Shown one piece after another: positions 1-13,469 of a stretch of 64,000 nucleotides of DNA. Source of the DNA: Camelus ferus (lineage: Eukaryota); assembly GCF_009834535.1 (NCBI RefSeq), contig NC_045696.1, positions 71,426,001 to 71,490,000 of the forward strand. The letters are read 5' to 3'. Positions within the stretch are counted from its first letter, which is position 1. Each line of letters opens with the position of its first letter. The notes under the pieces were generated by a model. The model had not been told where the DNA came from. It searched no databases and saw only the letters and a list, made by a program, of their open reading frames with translations. Made by a program: the position numbers and the translations under genes.

Positions 1-319
1 ACAAGCTATTTCCTCTTATAACCCCACGGTCTGGCATAGTAGCTACCACAATGTAAGTACTTGATAATTATTTGATTTAATTTTAATATATTATCATCTA
101 AAAAAAATTTTTAGAAATTTTTACCATTGCAGGAAAAGAAAGTAGACCTTTCAAAGGCTAGCTACAGGTCTTTGAAGAATAAGATTTTTAACTAAGGAGA
201 AAGTTCTACCATTAAATATTTAACAAAATATGCATGCAGAATGCACATGTTTTTTAGTTATCCTCTCCCACATGCTCTCAGTGGTGGCCTACAGGTCAAA
301 GAAGCAGACGCGGCATTAC

Positions 320-399
320 CTCAGCAGCTCTCCTTTTCCCAATGTTCCAGCCATAATACTGCTCCACAGATTTTGCAGAAAAACAGCTGGCATCTTCAC
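320..399 (-). CDS. YEATS2: YEATS2 coding exon (SEDASCFSAKSVEQYYGWNIGKRRAAE)
   Basis: acceptor cattctag|GT, donor GAG|gtaatg; 80 nt, phase 1-0. Confidence 0.96.
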
Positions 400-1334
400 C
401 TAGAATGAACACATTCAGCAAACTCTGAATGAAGTTATTATGATTTAAATGAAATCTTCTTTGCTAGAGTCATGTCCAAAAGTTTCTTTAGACTTCTTTA
501 CTGGGTATGTTCCTTACTGGGCAAGTTCAGATGCAATGTAACATACAAGGGCTTCTCCTTAAAAGAGAAAGCATCTCATTCATGTACAGTCAAAACAAAA
601 CCCGTCCTTGGGAAATCAGCTCCCCTGGTAAAGAAAGCTTCATGGTAGTAGATTATCTATTAGAACGAGTGGAGATGGCACTCCACTGGGAGCCTGAGAC
701 CTGCGATCTAGCCCTGGCTGTGTCATTAACTAAGGAGCCTTGGAAAACCTACATAATCTCTCCCAGCTTCAGCTTTCCCATCTGCAAAATGAGACCACTG
801 AGACAGATGGTTCCTGAACTGCCTTTCAGCTCTAACATTCTGCATTTGTATCTGAATTCTTTAAAAAAAAAAAAAAAAGATTAAAAATCTTTTTCTGCTC
901 AGCTAGAAAAATCACTGTTTACTTTGAACTCACTGTTTACTTTACCTCAAAATGACCCCCTGAACTTCAAGTAAAAAACAAATAATTTCTTTGCTATCAC
1001 AGCTGGAAAAAAATAAGCAGGGTATTCTGTACATGGCCTATCATTTTCATAGTGAATGTGAAAGGATAATCTGGTTCATCCTTTCCCTCTAAATGCTCAC
1101 AGTGTTCTTGCTCAAGAGCAGACACCTAAGTATCCACAGGCAATCAGTAATGCCCCCGGTGAGGGCTGTTGATTCTGTCAGAGCAACTGGGGCTGAGAAG
1201 TAAACTGTTCAGTCCTGCTAACACCGGGCAGCGACAGATCAGATTTCAGTGCTGGAGGTCTTAATAATCGTGCATTTCTACACAGTGAGTGACAATGAGT
1301 GTTGACAAGACTAACAACTCCGGAATCAAATAAA

Positions 1335-1515
1335 ACTGGGTTTGTATCCTGCCTCATGACCCAGCTAGTGATCTTGAGCAAGTTACTCAACTCTGCTTAT
1401 CCCCAGTTTTCTCATCTGTAAAATGGAGATGACACCATGTATCCCACGAGAGACTGTGATTAAATAAGACAGCAAGTGTAATAAGCCTAAAGAGTCTGGC
1501 ACACTGCAGGCAAGT
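1335..1515 (+). mobile_element. MIR SINE
   Basis: core gtgatcttgagcaagttactcaac...cagttttctcatctgtaaaatgg. Confidence 0.78.
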
Positions 1516-1842
1516 GCTAATTTCTTTCCTTATTAATGAACATTAAAAAGGAATGCTACTTTAATTATATACATAATAGATTGATTTATATATGATTTAT
1601 ATACAATAATAAATGTAAAAAATTCCTTCTGCAGATCACAGTGAAAATAAAATACTAACCAACTGACCAAGATACCATGAATTCTAAAACTGTGCAAATG
1701 AGCTACAGCTGTAGCTAAAACCACCTAAGATTAACTACCATCTAAGTATTAATTACAATTCCAAGTAATTCAAGTTGACTCAATATCCCAAGTAGTTCAC
1801 AGCTTAAAAAAAAATGCATTTATACATTCCATATTGTCTTAC

Positions 1843-1916
1843 TTTTTGCAGTGATTAGTGGGATCTTCTTTACTACTGCTGTTAAGAGTTGCTGGATAGT
1901 CTCCAAATGGTCTATC
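1843..1916 (-). CDS. YEATS2: YEATS2 coding exon (IDHLETIQQLLTAVVKKIPLITAK)
   Basis: acceptor ttctcag|G, donor AAAA|gtaaga; 74 nt, phase 2-1. Confidence 0.96.
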
Positions 1917-2794
1917 CTGAGAAGAATAAATAAAATTAAGGTAGTGAATACACATAGCAGTTTCTAACTATGTGTGTGTGTGTGTGTATATGAATTTATG
2001 TATATATTTCCCCTTTCCAAGGGAATTAAAACAATTATGTTGGCATGTGCTTCCTTCCATACATAGCCTTATTTATAAATGAAGAGTATTTAATGCTTAA
2101 AAAGTCAAGACTAAGTAAACAAATGAGACCCCAAGAATGACATTATGCAAATCAGATACTTGATCTATAATTTAAAGTTAAATAGCCATATAATCTTTTT
2201 GCAGTGAGATTGCCTCTAGAGCAGAGAAGTCTATTATAAAATGCCTATCTCAGGGTTATTATAGTTCATCGGGTCACCTATCACGTGAATGTGGCTAAGT
2301 TTCCACTGTTCCTAGCAGTCTGAGACACTTCAAAATAGGCAGTCAGAGGTGGGTTCCCAATTTGGAAATTAGAAAATCTCAGGGAGTATTTTTAGAAGCA
2401 GCACTGAATGTGTGGCCTATGAAAAGGCAGCTATTTAAGATCAGGCAGGTGTGTGGATAACTCAGGCACAGCATGTTTACACACCTGAATAATTACATCA
2501 TGAGGAATTTCATGCCCAAAGACTCAGCAAAGAGAGTAAGTGTTGCAAGCTCAAACGGAGGGAGATCTACAATTCCACCTGAGGCTTCTGAGGTGACCAA
2601 CGTGTTAAATGAAGACTCCTGAGCTGTGCAGCACATGGTAGTACTTGTTCGCCGCACAGAACAGAAGGTTTCCACCCATTAGAGGGCTTAACTCTGTACA
2701 TACAACTCTACACATAGGCAGCTGTCACAGGTATGGTTTCTTTTCATAAAAACACTGAAAGCACAACTCCCTCAGAAAGGATTGAAATAATTAC

Positions 2795-2897
2795 TTAATG
2801 ACATAGTTTCCCAGCTCAGAACTTTCTTCTGTTTTCACTGCTGTCTGACCATCCTGAGAGAGGCAGCCCGGCCCAGGTGTTTCCGGTTCAGTCTTCA
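2795..2897 (-). CDS. YEATS2: YEATS2 coding exon (VKTEPETPGPGCLSQDGQTAVKTEESSELGNYVIK)
   Basis: acceptor ccctcatag|TG, donor AA|gtaatt; 103 nt, phase 1-2. Confidence 0.95.
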
Positions 2898-3649
2898 CTA
2901 TGAGGGAAGAGCGACAATGAGAGAGCTGTTATGGCGCAATGATGCAAGGACACGTGCAGGCAGAAACAAAAGCTCTTCCATAGGAACTCAGTGAGGAAAC
3001 TGCCACAGCAGCTGCTGCAGGGACCCGGCCAGGGCGCTGCGATGGCGCCTACCGTCACAGGATCAACGGACAAGGGCAGAACTGTCAGCCTGGGTCTCAT
3101 GACAAGGCGGTGCAACAAAATGGCTTTTTAGGTATTTCTTAAAGGGCTAACAAACCACACTGCCATGTGAGATCTCACACACACATACACACACACTTGA
3201 ACAATGCCACATTAAAACACAACGAAGGCCTCTTCTAAGTTCTAATATCCATTTGGATATCAGCTCTCCAGCTAAGTTTATCAACTTTCAGTGTTATCTT
3301 AGCGTTCTGAAACACAAGGCAGAAAGCAAAAATCAGACCTGTTGTGCTTGGGAAAATATGAGCTAATCACACGAGGCTTTTAACATCACCGAATCTATGG
3401 ACGGAAGATCACAATGTCTCAGGAGCATGTGTCTTCCCTTACTTCCACAGTCCTCCTTGACCAAATACTGTGACACACACTCACTGCTTCTGCATCAGCT
3501 TCCCTGCTTCAGTCTCTTCCCTTACAACCCATTTAGCACATGAACTCCAGAAAAACTTCCTAAAGGACCTTTTTAGTGTTATTTTCCTACTCAACGTCCT
3601 TCAGTAGTTTCCTATAAACATTGGCCTACAAATGAGATCTACTGGTACA

Positions 3650-4801
3650 TATTCCCCTTTATTGTTGCTTAAAACGCATCAATATTAAGGGTACAGGTCA
3701 ATGAGCTTTACCTATGTATACACCCATGTACTCACCACTCCAATCAAGATACTGAGCATTTCCAGTCTTCAACCAGACTCCCTTACACTTCTGGCAGTTC
3801 CTCCCTGCCCAAGATAACCATCTTTTGTCCACTTTAAAATTCATAAAACTGGAATTATACTGTGCATACTCTTTTGTGTCAGCATCTTTTTAGCCATTAA
3901 AAATAACAGTGTAATGGACATTCTTAGGGTGGACACATGCATGCGTTTCCTAGAAGTGCATTTGCTGGAACACAGGGCAGATGCATGTTTAACTTTATTA
4001 GAAATCGCCAAGCTGATTTCCAAAGTGATTATATCAATCTGTAGTCCCAGGAGCAGTGTATGTGAGCTCCAGGTGCCCCACAACCTTGCCAATAGTTGGT
4101 ACTGCTGATTCTTTTACTTTTGGTGATAGAACAGCATCTTACTATGGTTTTAACTGGCATTTCTCGATGACTGATGAGGCTGAACAACTTTTCATATTCT
4201 TATGAGATATTTCAACATCCACATCTGTGACGTACCTGTTTACATTTCTTGCTATTAAAAAAAATATTCGTGTCAGTCCTTTTCATATTGTTTAGAAGGT
4301 CTGTGTATACTCTGGACAAGACTCCCTTGTTAGATATATCTGTTGCAAATATCCTCCAGATGTGGCTTGACTCTCACTCTTAATTTTGTTCCTCTGATAA
4401 AGTGATGTTCCCAGTGTTAATAAAGTCCAATTTATCAATCTTTTCTTCTATGACCAGTTTTCTTGTGTGTTCTGCTTACAAAGTATCTTTTCCCAAGGTC
4501 AGAAAGATATTCTCATACTCTCTTCTAGAAGCTTTATTGTTTTACCTTCCATATTTAAGTCTATCATCCAACTCAAATTAATTTTTGTTTACGGAGTAAG
4601 GTAGGGGCCAAGGTTCGTTGTTTCCCCAAATGAATGTATCCAGTTAATCCAGCACTACTTAGTAAAGAGAACATCCTTTCTCTGCTGAATTTGTCATGAA
4701 TCAGGTGACAATATATGTGCGAGTCTATTTCTGGGCTTTCTTTTTTATTATTCTGTCTATTCTTGAACCAATACTACACTAGCTCAATTACAGTAGCTTT
4801 A

Positions 4802-4873
<72 letters not shown>

Positions 4874-5270
4874 CTATCTGGTGGTCCATCCCCTGGCTTT
4901 TTCTTCTTCAAGACTGTCTTAGCTATTCTAGGCATCTGCATTTCACATACATACTTTAGATTTAGCTTGTTAGTTTCTACACACACAAAGTTAACACTGC
5001 AAGGATTCTGACTGGGACCATATTGGATCTACATCATTTCTGGGGAGAGAATTAATAACATATCAAGTCTTTCAGCAAATTAATATAATTTATTATTTTT
5101 ATAATAAATTACTTTTAATTGATTATATTTATAATGGTATTTCATTCCACTTATTTAGGACTTAAAAAATTTCTCTCAGAAATATTTAGTAGGTTGTTAG
5201 CAGTTAATTTCTATATAGAAATTACAATGGTTTTTGATGGCACACTGACTTGTATTGCGTGACCTTGCCA
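3650..5270 (-). mobile_element. Old LINE-1 3' fragment
   Basis: reverse-strand L1 motifs; minus ORF 4774..4986 PRIAKTVLKKKK resembles L1 ORF2. Confidence 0.8.
4805..4870. repeat. (TG)33 microsatellite
   Basis: perfect dinucleotide run. Confidence 0.97.
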
Positions 5271-5469
5271 ATTTCACCGCTAGCAATACATCCTCCCCCA
5301 GCTCGCAGTGATCCCAAGACTTCAAGAAACAGAAGGAAGTCCTCAGAAAATGTTTAGATACTCCAGTTCTATAGATGCAAGTATACTCACTTTAATCTGG
5401 CACTCAAACAATTACAGAATCATATAATCAGCATTTCCAGGTGGGGACAGCTCATTGAAGAAATGAGAA

Positions 5470-5900
5470 CATATGCTCTCAAACACATACATCATAGCCC
5501 CAAACTGGAAACAACCCTAATGTTCACCAACAGGAGAAAAGATAAACAAATTATGGTGTATCCATCCATCCCTACAATGTGGAATACTACTCAGCAACAA
5601 CACGGCTGAATCCTGAAAACATTAAGTCAGTGAATGAAATCAGACACAAAAAGAATGCACGTGCTTCCACTCATATAAAGTTAAAAAATAGATACAACTA
5701 ATGTAGTTTAATAGAAATCAGACCAGTGGTAGTCTATGGGGACTAGGAGTTGACTGGAAGGGGGCACGAGGTGATGGGAATTTCTATAGCTTGAATGGGG
5801 TGTTGGTTACTTGGGTTTATGCATTTGTCAAAACTCATCAAATGGTACGCTTAGTATCTATGAATTTCACTATATAAAATTTTACCTCAGTTAAAATCAA
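5470..5900 (+). mobile_element. Old LINE-1 3' UTR fragment
   Basis: atagccccaaactggaaacaacc, ggaatactactcagca, tttgtcaaaactcatca motifs. Confidence 0.75.
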
Positions 5901-6037
5901 AACAGAGATGCTCTACCCAAGTCCAAAATTAACGGAATCAGAATCTGTATGAGGAAGGCCTGTAAGAATACACCTACCACTGAGGAGAAATGCTGGCCCA
6001 GATTAATACCAATTTTTTCATCAGCTATCTTTAAATG

Positions 6038-6230
6038 AGGGACTGGCAAACTCTCCTATAAAGAACTAATCAGTAAATAGTTTAGGCTTTGAGGGTCATA
6101 TGGTCTCAGCTGGAACTAAACCCAGGCTGCAATGCACCCATGGACAATACGTAAATGAGTGGGCATGGCCATGTGCCAACAAAACCTTATTTTAAAAATG
6201 GGCAGCGTGACTGCAGTCAGCCAACCCCTG
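6038..6230 (+). mobile_element. hAT-Charlie DNA transposon remnant (MER58-like)
   Basis: termini agggactggcaaact...gccaacccctg; internal gtaaatagtttaggcttt. Confidence 0.75.
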
Positions 6231-7127
6231 CTTTACATGGCCATGCTGTAAGGTCCAAATGCACCTCTTCTCAAGACTATTATGAGAGATCCTGGAAAGC
6301 CTGAAGAACAGTATTTCAAATTCTGACTGCACTGCTTTCTAGCTTTCTAGACTTGGGATGTATAGACTCAATATCTCCAAACTTCAGTTGCTTCATTTGC
6401 AAAATGGGCATAATAGCTATCCCGAAGTACTATGGTAATTAGTGATATATGTATAAAGAAGCTAGCATGGTGCCTGGGACATTTTAGGCTCTTACACATG
6501 GTGGCTATCAGTACTGTAGATGTTACAGGTGTCTGAATGTGTTGTTCTAACCCACTGCACTATCTCCATCTACTCAATAGTCAGAAATGTCCTCACAGCC
6601 AGCTACCAATGGCCAGCCCCACCTACAGCTGCCTTAGCACAACTATACTCCCCAGATGAGTCCCTTTAATTGAGTCTACTCACCCAAACAAATCCTCTGA
6701 GTTTTTGCATCTGCTGTTCCCTTAATCTGGCAAGCCCCCTGACCTCTCCACAGCTAAAAATGCTTCACTCTTAAAGTCCAGGTTATAATCTGTGTCCCAT
6801 ACAAAGTTCCAAACCTTTCCATTCTGCCACCTTCCCTGACCAGACATCCTAGATTGAAATATTTGAGCATTCATCTTCCAGATCACTTAACCTGCACTTA
6901 TCAATCATTGCTTGTTGTCTACTACAACTCTCTTCAACCTGATTGTAAGTTATTGGAGGGCAGAAATGATGCTTTATACATCTCTGTATTTCTCTTAATG
7001 TCTACATATAAACACTCAACATATTTTTGAAGTGACTGATTCACAGATGCTGAAATTCAAGGGACTCAGATTACAGTAATATTTTGCATAAACCTTCTGG
7101 GCAAATAAACTGTGAGAACCTACATAC

Positions 7128-7226
7128 CTTTTGTAACAGTTGCTGGAGCAGAGCTGGGGACAACTGTAGTTGGGGCAGCTACAGGCAGAATGGCAGGTGA
7201 TTTGTTGGTAGAAAATGACTGAACCA
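7128..7226 (-). CDS. YEATS2: YEATS2 coding exon (VVQSFSTNKSPAILPVAAPTTVVPSSAPATVTK)
   Basis: acceptor cctgttag|TG, donor AAAG|gtatgt; 99 nt, phase 1-1. Confidence 0.95.
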
Positions 7227-7733
7227 CTAACAGGCAAAATAAGAGGGGAGGATATAAGAAATACAGAAATTATTTTAATGAAAATGATCTAACTCCTAGA
7301 TCATAGCCCCACTGTAGTCTACTAGCACAAAAATAATTTCAGTGCAATAGAAATGGCAAGGTCCTTTTAAAAATACTGTGATTGATTGACAAGGTGGGCT
7401 CTTTATTAATAGTACCAGAGTAACTGAGCTGTTACCTTCAACCATGGAAATGGGGGCTTGTCACTAAACTAAGAAAATAAAAACCCAATTAACCTGTATT
7501 CTCATAAATGCTTAAAATGTGCCCCTCTACTCAACTTTAGAAATGGGCAGCTATTTAGAAGCCAATGGATCATTTGGGTTTTACTTTCTGTCCTCGAGTT
7601 GGTGCCAGGGAGCACAGTGACAGCTCAAGGGCAGCTGTACAAGGGAGAGACAGCCATCAACTGATGGACTACGCACTTCCCCACAAGGGAGACCCAGAGA
7701 CAACCACACCCCAGGGAGAGGTGAAGCACTCAC

Positions 7734-7862
7734 CTTTATTCACAGGCATCAGTATAGTCTGCACACCTCCAGATGTGTTTACACTGAGAGGTTTGAGCTG
7801 GCTGGGGATCGTCAGGACAGCCTGCTGGGGATTGGATTGACTGGAGTGAATCTTTAACAATC
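7734..7862 (-). CDS. YEATS2: YEATS2 coding exon (GLLKIHSSQSNPQQAVLTIPSQLKPLSVNTSGGVQTILMPVNK)
   Basis: acceptor attttag|GA, donor AAAG|gtgagt; 129 nt, phase 1-1. Confidence 0.96.
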
Positions 7863-9077
7863 CTAAAATAAGTCGGAAGATAAGGCCAAGCTGAAGATCA
7901 GATGCTTCCTTAAAAGTTCTGGTCCTCTCTAGCATTTATATTTTCTCACAGGAGGACATTCTTAGGACAGGTATCTTTTCAATAAAGAAAGAGCTGGAAG
8001 CATGAGGCAATGGATGCAGATTTCTCAATGAAACTATAATATGACACTAATGATTTAGTTTTACCCTGCAAACAAAGTCATACAAAAATGTCTGGAATAG
8101 CAAAAATAAGAGAAAAGTCACTCACAATCTTACTGCAGAGACAACCAGTATCAATATTTTGAGGTAGTTCTTTTCCGTGTCTATTTCCTGTGACAATTTA
8201 TTTGTTTTGTATATAGATGCAATACGTACAAACTGGATGTAAAATTTTGTACTTTGATTTGGCTAATTGTCATTTTCCTACTTAAAAACCTTCTCTGGCT
8301 CTGGACTGCCAGAGAATGTTTCCAAAATTAGTCAAAGGATTCAGAGTCCATTTTAATCTGGTCCTAATTTATCCACATCTCCGCCACACCATCCCTATGC
8401 ATCTAATACTTCAGTCTGTCCACTCACCATGCCTTATAATCTCTACCTCTGTGCAGCCCTTATTTTTCAAACATCAGCTATTCTCCACCTTTTTTTCTAA
8501 AAAAGGGTCATTCTCTCCCACTTTCCCTTAAAGGTAATTTCCATACTCCCATTTCCATTACAAAAGTATTCTAGGCATTCAGAAAGCCAGTAAGAAAATG
8601 ACAGAGAGTAAAGACAACACAAACATGTTTTAATATTCAAGTACTTAAAAACAGCATCAGAGGCTAAAGATACTTTAAGGCACTGGAATGTAGTTGGTTT
8701 GAGCTAAGGAAAGAAATAATCTTAAATACTTTCAAGAACAAAGCCTTAAACAAGAAAATCTTTCTTTGTAATAGATGAATGTTAGAACAGTCAAGTAGTA
8801 ATTACTGAGATGTGCCCTCAGAGAGCACAACAATGACCTGGTTTCCTCATATTTTTAAAATTCTTATTTTTATCAAAATTCTTATTTTTATCAGTTGAAA
8901 AGTAAAAAAAGTGCTAGAAGGCATAAAACTAAAAATAGCCATCCTTTGCTCCAACTCCCTGTCCTCATCTACTTTCCCAGTAGCATCCACTTTTAATCCT
9001 TTTGGTCTTTTCATATTTATCTCAGCATTTTTTAAAAGAATGTGTATACTGTAGGCCTTGATTCATTTTGATGTAAC

Positions 9078-9514
9078 TTTTTTTTTTAACTGAAGTATAG
9101 TCAGTTACAATGTGTCAGATCTCTTGTGTATAGCACAATGTCCCAGTCATGCATATAAATAATACGTATATTCGTTTTCATATTCTTTTTTATCAGCGGC
9201 CACTATGAGATATTGACTGTAATTCCCCGTGCTATACAGAAGAAATTTGTTTTTTATCTACTTTTTTTGGTATATAGTGGTTAACATTTGCAAATTTCAA
9301 ACTCCCAAATTTACTCCTTCCCACCCCTTCCCTCCAATAACCATAAGATTGTTTACTATATCTGGGAGTCTGTTTCTGTTTTGTAGATTAGTTCATAGTG
9401 TCCTCTTTATTCTTTTTCTTTTTTTTTAGATTCCATATATGTGTGATATCATATGGTATCTTTCTTTCTCTTTCTGGCTTACTTCACTTAGAATGACAAT
9501 GTCCAGGTCCATCC
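9078..9514 (-). mobile_element. Young L1 3'-end insertion
   Basis: polyT at 9078, L1 tail motifs (tttctctttctggcttacttcacttagaatga); TSD tgatgtaac at 9069-9077 and 9515-9523. Confidence 0.85.
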
Positions 9515-12201
9515 TGATGTAACACTTTGATGTTACACACTGACTTATTAGGGTAGATAAGCATTTTAAGTAAGACATTTATATCCTCTCTTCCCTCTCT
9601 TCCAATACTGTTCTCTATTAATCCAGAGACCATCATGATACTATGATTTCATTTCATTTTCTGGAGTTAATAATTTCCTCCTTTTTCATCTGCTTAGTTC
9701 TCTTTCAACATCTTACTAAGTCTTCCCAAATCCTTCAAAAACGGTATAAACCACCCCTTAATACAGTTCTCCACAAAGTCGAACCTCCTAAATAATTTAC
9801 AGTTTCATTCTTTTATAAGAGTTATCCTTCCTGGGGCTCTCTGATCTGCTCCACTTTGGACTGCTGCTTCCTAGACTGGCTGCAAAGCTGTCCGAGGAGC
9901 GTCTTTCACCATCACCCTAGGAATCCCTTTGCCTTCCTTCTATGGTGATCCTATTTTTGTCCTCTTTCTTGGTCTATACCTCCTCACTCCGGTGAAACAT
10001 GTATTTTAGTTATGTCTTGAGACAGGGTCATAGAAAGTACATTTGAAAAGTTGCCTATTAGAAAATATTCCTACCCTCACACTCAGTAAAGATTCTATAG
10101 AATTCTAGACTGAAAGGAATTTTTCCCTAGAACTTTGAAAAACAGTATTCCAGATTCCAGCAATGCTACTGAGAAGGCCAATGATAATGTAATTTCTAAA
10201 CTTTTCTGCTTATTTTTCTCTCTGACAGCTTTTAAGCTCTCCTCTTTGTCACTGGTGTTCTGATTTCACAAACAAATTGAGCCTCCGTGTGAGCCATCTT
10301 ACACTCACTGTGCTGGACACTGTGCCTTTTGAACCTGGAAGTTCATGCTCTTCAATTCGGGGATAAACTGTTTTGCTTCTTCGATCATTTCCTTCCCACT
10401 ATTTTCTGCTTTTTCTCCCTGGAACTCCTTTCAGTCTGATGTTGCCAGGACCCCCTAATATATCATCAAATTTTCTCTCTTAGTGTCTACTTCTTGGTCT
10501 GCTCCCTGCTTCCACTTTGTACTCCATAGTTTAGTCTAAATGCTGTAGCCAGTGATCCTGTTAAAAGGCAGATCATGTTACTCTTTAGCTTAAAATTCCC
10601 CCAATAGCTTCCTCTGAAGTAAAAATCAATATTCTTACAATGACCTACAAAGGCCTTATATGATTGGACCCCCACCACGCCGATTGCACCTCCTAGTACT
10701 CTTTCTCTAGCTCATTCTGCTCTACTCACAACCATGGCCTTGCTCAAAATAGTTTATAATGCACACAAAAAATTTAATTGAAAAAGGTTATATTATACCT
10801 CAATTAAAAAAAAAAGAATCCACATACACACAACTAATGGTCAGTAGGAAGCAGTTTGATTCTCTTACGAAAATATACAGAAAGTTTCAGGCAACTAGAA
10901 CTTAAAGCAGGGAGACTTCATTTATTGCATGTTAAAAAACATAATCAGACAATCAGAAAAAGGGAGGGCATTCATTTCTTATAATAGTAATCCCTTCTAT
11001 TCCTACAATTTCTACTCCAGTGCGGCTAACACAGTGCTTCCAAATAGTCAGTCAGCCGAGAACAAGCACTCCCCATAAAAAACTTGGTTGATTTTAACTG
11101 GGAGGTGGAAATCATGGGAAAAACAGATCAGCCTTAATCTTTTGGTCTCTAACTACCCAAAAGGCAAACAAAACACAGGGACTTCGTTTGGGTCATGTAA
11201 GGAATGTAGTGATAATAATAACAATAAGAATACCCACAATCTTTACCCAAAGGTACTAAGGTGTGTGTGTACATACTTATATGTTTATGCGTGTGTGCAT
11301 ATATGTATATGACATATGTATCACACACACACACACATATATATTAGTGATACTCAGTTTTTTTCTGTATACTAGTGCCAGTTGGTAAACTGTTATTAAT
11401 CTGCACCAAGGCAATATAGACATTAAGAGTATTCAAAAACTTATGTAACAGCAGGACTTTGCTCTGTTATTTGTATTGTATTTTACAGAAGTATCTGTCT
11501 ATACCGAATTGCAGAAAAACAAAGTTTGAGAAGTAATGCTGCATATTTTATCAGTCTCTGGCATCTGGGACAGTACAACGTAATAAAACACATTAATATT
11601 TGTGGCAAAACACGAATATTCATATTAAGTAGTCAACAGAGGTCAGACTTTGCCCTAAAATTAGTTATGGGGGAAAACAACAACAAACAAATCTTTGTTT
11701 TTCAGTCTTTTGGATTTTAGAATTGCAGATAAGGGAATGTGGCTAACAACGACGATGACGCTAAAATGGTAACAGCAGCAGTTATTCACATAAAGGATAC
11801 AACATACTAGATGGTATTCTAAGCGTTTATATATATTAACTCATTTAATCCTCTCAACTTTATGAAACGGGTATTAGGCAATCTGGCTCCAGGACCTGTG
11901 CTCTGTATAACCCAAAGAAGTAAAAGGTACACTTTTCTGGGACCACTGGGCTAGGCACAGAGATAGCATACATCTTAGCCGACCTCAAGTGTGTCATTCT
12001 AACACTACCCAATATAATAAGAACGGTTAAAAATCATGACCTGGAGTCAACAATGTTAATTTATATTTTATATACTTCGTTTATGAAAGTAAAAAGAGAT
12101 GTCTGATGTTTTACAATGAGTTCCATTCAAAACTGATGATAAATACTCAGAAGAATTCTAGATGGCTAATGTTTTATTATATCATTTAAAAACTGTTATT
12201 C

Positions 12202-12347
12202 GTAGGAGGGGTGTGGCAAGGGTATAGCTCAAGTGGTAGAGTACATGCTTAGCATACACAAGGTCCTGGGTTTCTATCCCCAGTACCTCCTCTAAAAATA
12301 AGTAAGTAAAACCTAATTACCTCCCCCCACCAAAACAAACAGACCAA
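12202..12347 (+). mobile_element. tRNA-Ala(AGC)-derived SINE (camelid vic-1-like)
   Basis: tRNA-like head gggtatagctcaagtggtagag...cttagcat...ccccagtacctcc, A-rich tail; TSD aaaaactgttattc at 12188-12201 and 12348-12361. Confidence 0.88.
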
Positions 12348-12561
12348 AAAAACTGTTATTCAGTCCATAAAAACATTTCAGACTTAAAAATTTACACATA
12401 GATTTTAAAAAAGAGTAATTTATCTAAAAAGCAGCTATATGGAAAATGTTGCTGAGTTAATGACTTTTAACAAGTTTATTACACAAAATATTGTTTAAGA
12501 TCTTTCAAAACCACTCTAGCCCAAAGAAGGGAGAGACAAATAACATTATAATACAACTGAC

Positions 12562-12745
12562 CTGATACTGTGGCCTTTCCAGAGATGGGGTTTGGTGTGG
12601 ACACCAGGGATGTGGCGCTGATGACAGAGGGGGCAGTAGCCTTGCAGGTTCCCATGGTGGCCTGGCTGACACACACTTGTTGCTGCCCGGAAGTTTTCAT
12701 TACAGAACCTACAGTAGATGATGAACTGGGAGCCGTTCCTTCTGA
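12562..12745 (-). CDS. YEATS2: YEATS2 coding exon (SEGTAPSSSSTVGSVMKTSGQQQVCVSQ...PISGKATVS)
   Basis: tandem acceptor tag/cag|TCA (alternative start 12748), donor TCAG|gtcagt; 184 nt, phase 0-1. Confidence 0.93.
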
Positions 12746-13469
12746 CTGCTAACCACAGGACCAGAAATAACAGAAATTAAGAAGAAAGCACTGTAACTTA
12801 CTTAGAACAGTGAATGCCACACAGCATACTCAATAAATATTAGCTGTTATTACCTATCAAATGCCATGTCATTTAAAGACTGCTTCTCTAATTTGGTGGT
12901 TTAGATTTCACAGACCAGGGTTATTACCACATTAAAAATAATTCATCAACTATTATATCACTTATAAAAGGATATTTCAACACCTCTCCTCCAAAAACAT
13001 AGAGGACTTAATCTCATAATGTAAAACTGGAATAATATGAGCTTTATTAAAAACTCAGTATATATTTTACAGTTTGTCACATTATTCAGCAAATATCTAC
13101 TACTGGACAGACACAGTGTTAAATGCTAGGGCCCAGAGGCAAAAGCTCTCAAGGAGGAGAGGGTGACTGAGCTGTGATGGATGCTGCAGCACAAGTACTA
13201 CTTCAGCCTAGGGATGGGCAGGGGAGAGTATAGGGAAAAGCATCATGTAAAAACACTGCACTTTGGGGAAATCTTCAAGATTCAAGACAGGGAAAGGGGG
13301 AGATGAAAGGGTGTTTCTTGGCAGAAGTACAATAGCAAGTAGAAAGTCAGAGAGGCATGAAAGAACACTGCATGTTCAAGAAACTGCAAAGTAGAGTGGT
13401 ATGAGTAGACATTCGAGGAGAAGCAGTAGGTGAAGCCTGAGAATTAGGCAAAATCAGATTATAAGAGTC

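Noticed and set aside
507..884. 125-aa plus-strand ORF
   Set aside because: Overlaps a MIR-like remnant and ends in a polyA run; no recognisable protein; antisense intronic chance ORF.
2446..2487. Hairpin caggtgtgt...acacacctg; also near-palindrome tgttgatt-tt-aatcaaca at 19248-19265
   Set aside because: Stems of 8-9 bp are too short for a pre-miRNA and expected by chance in 64 kb.
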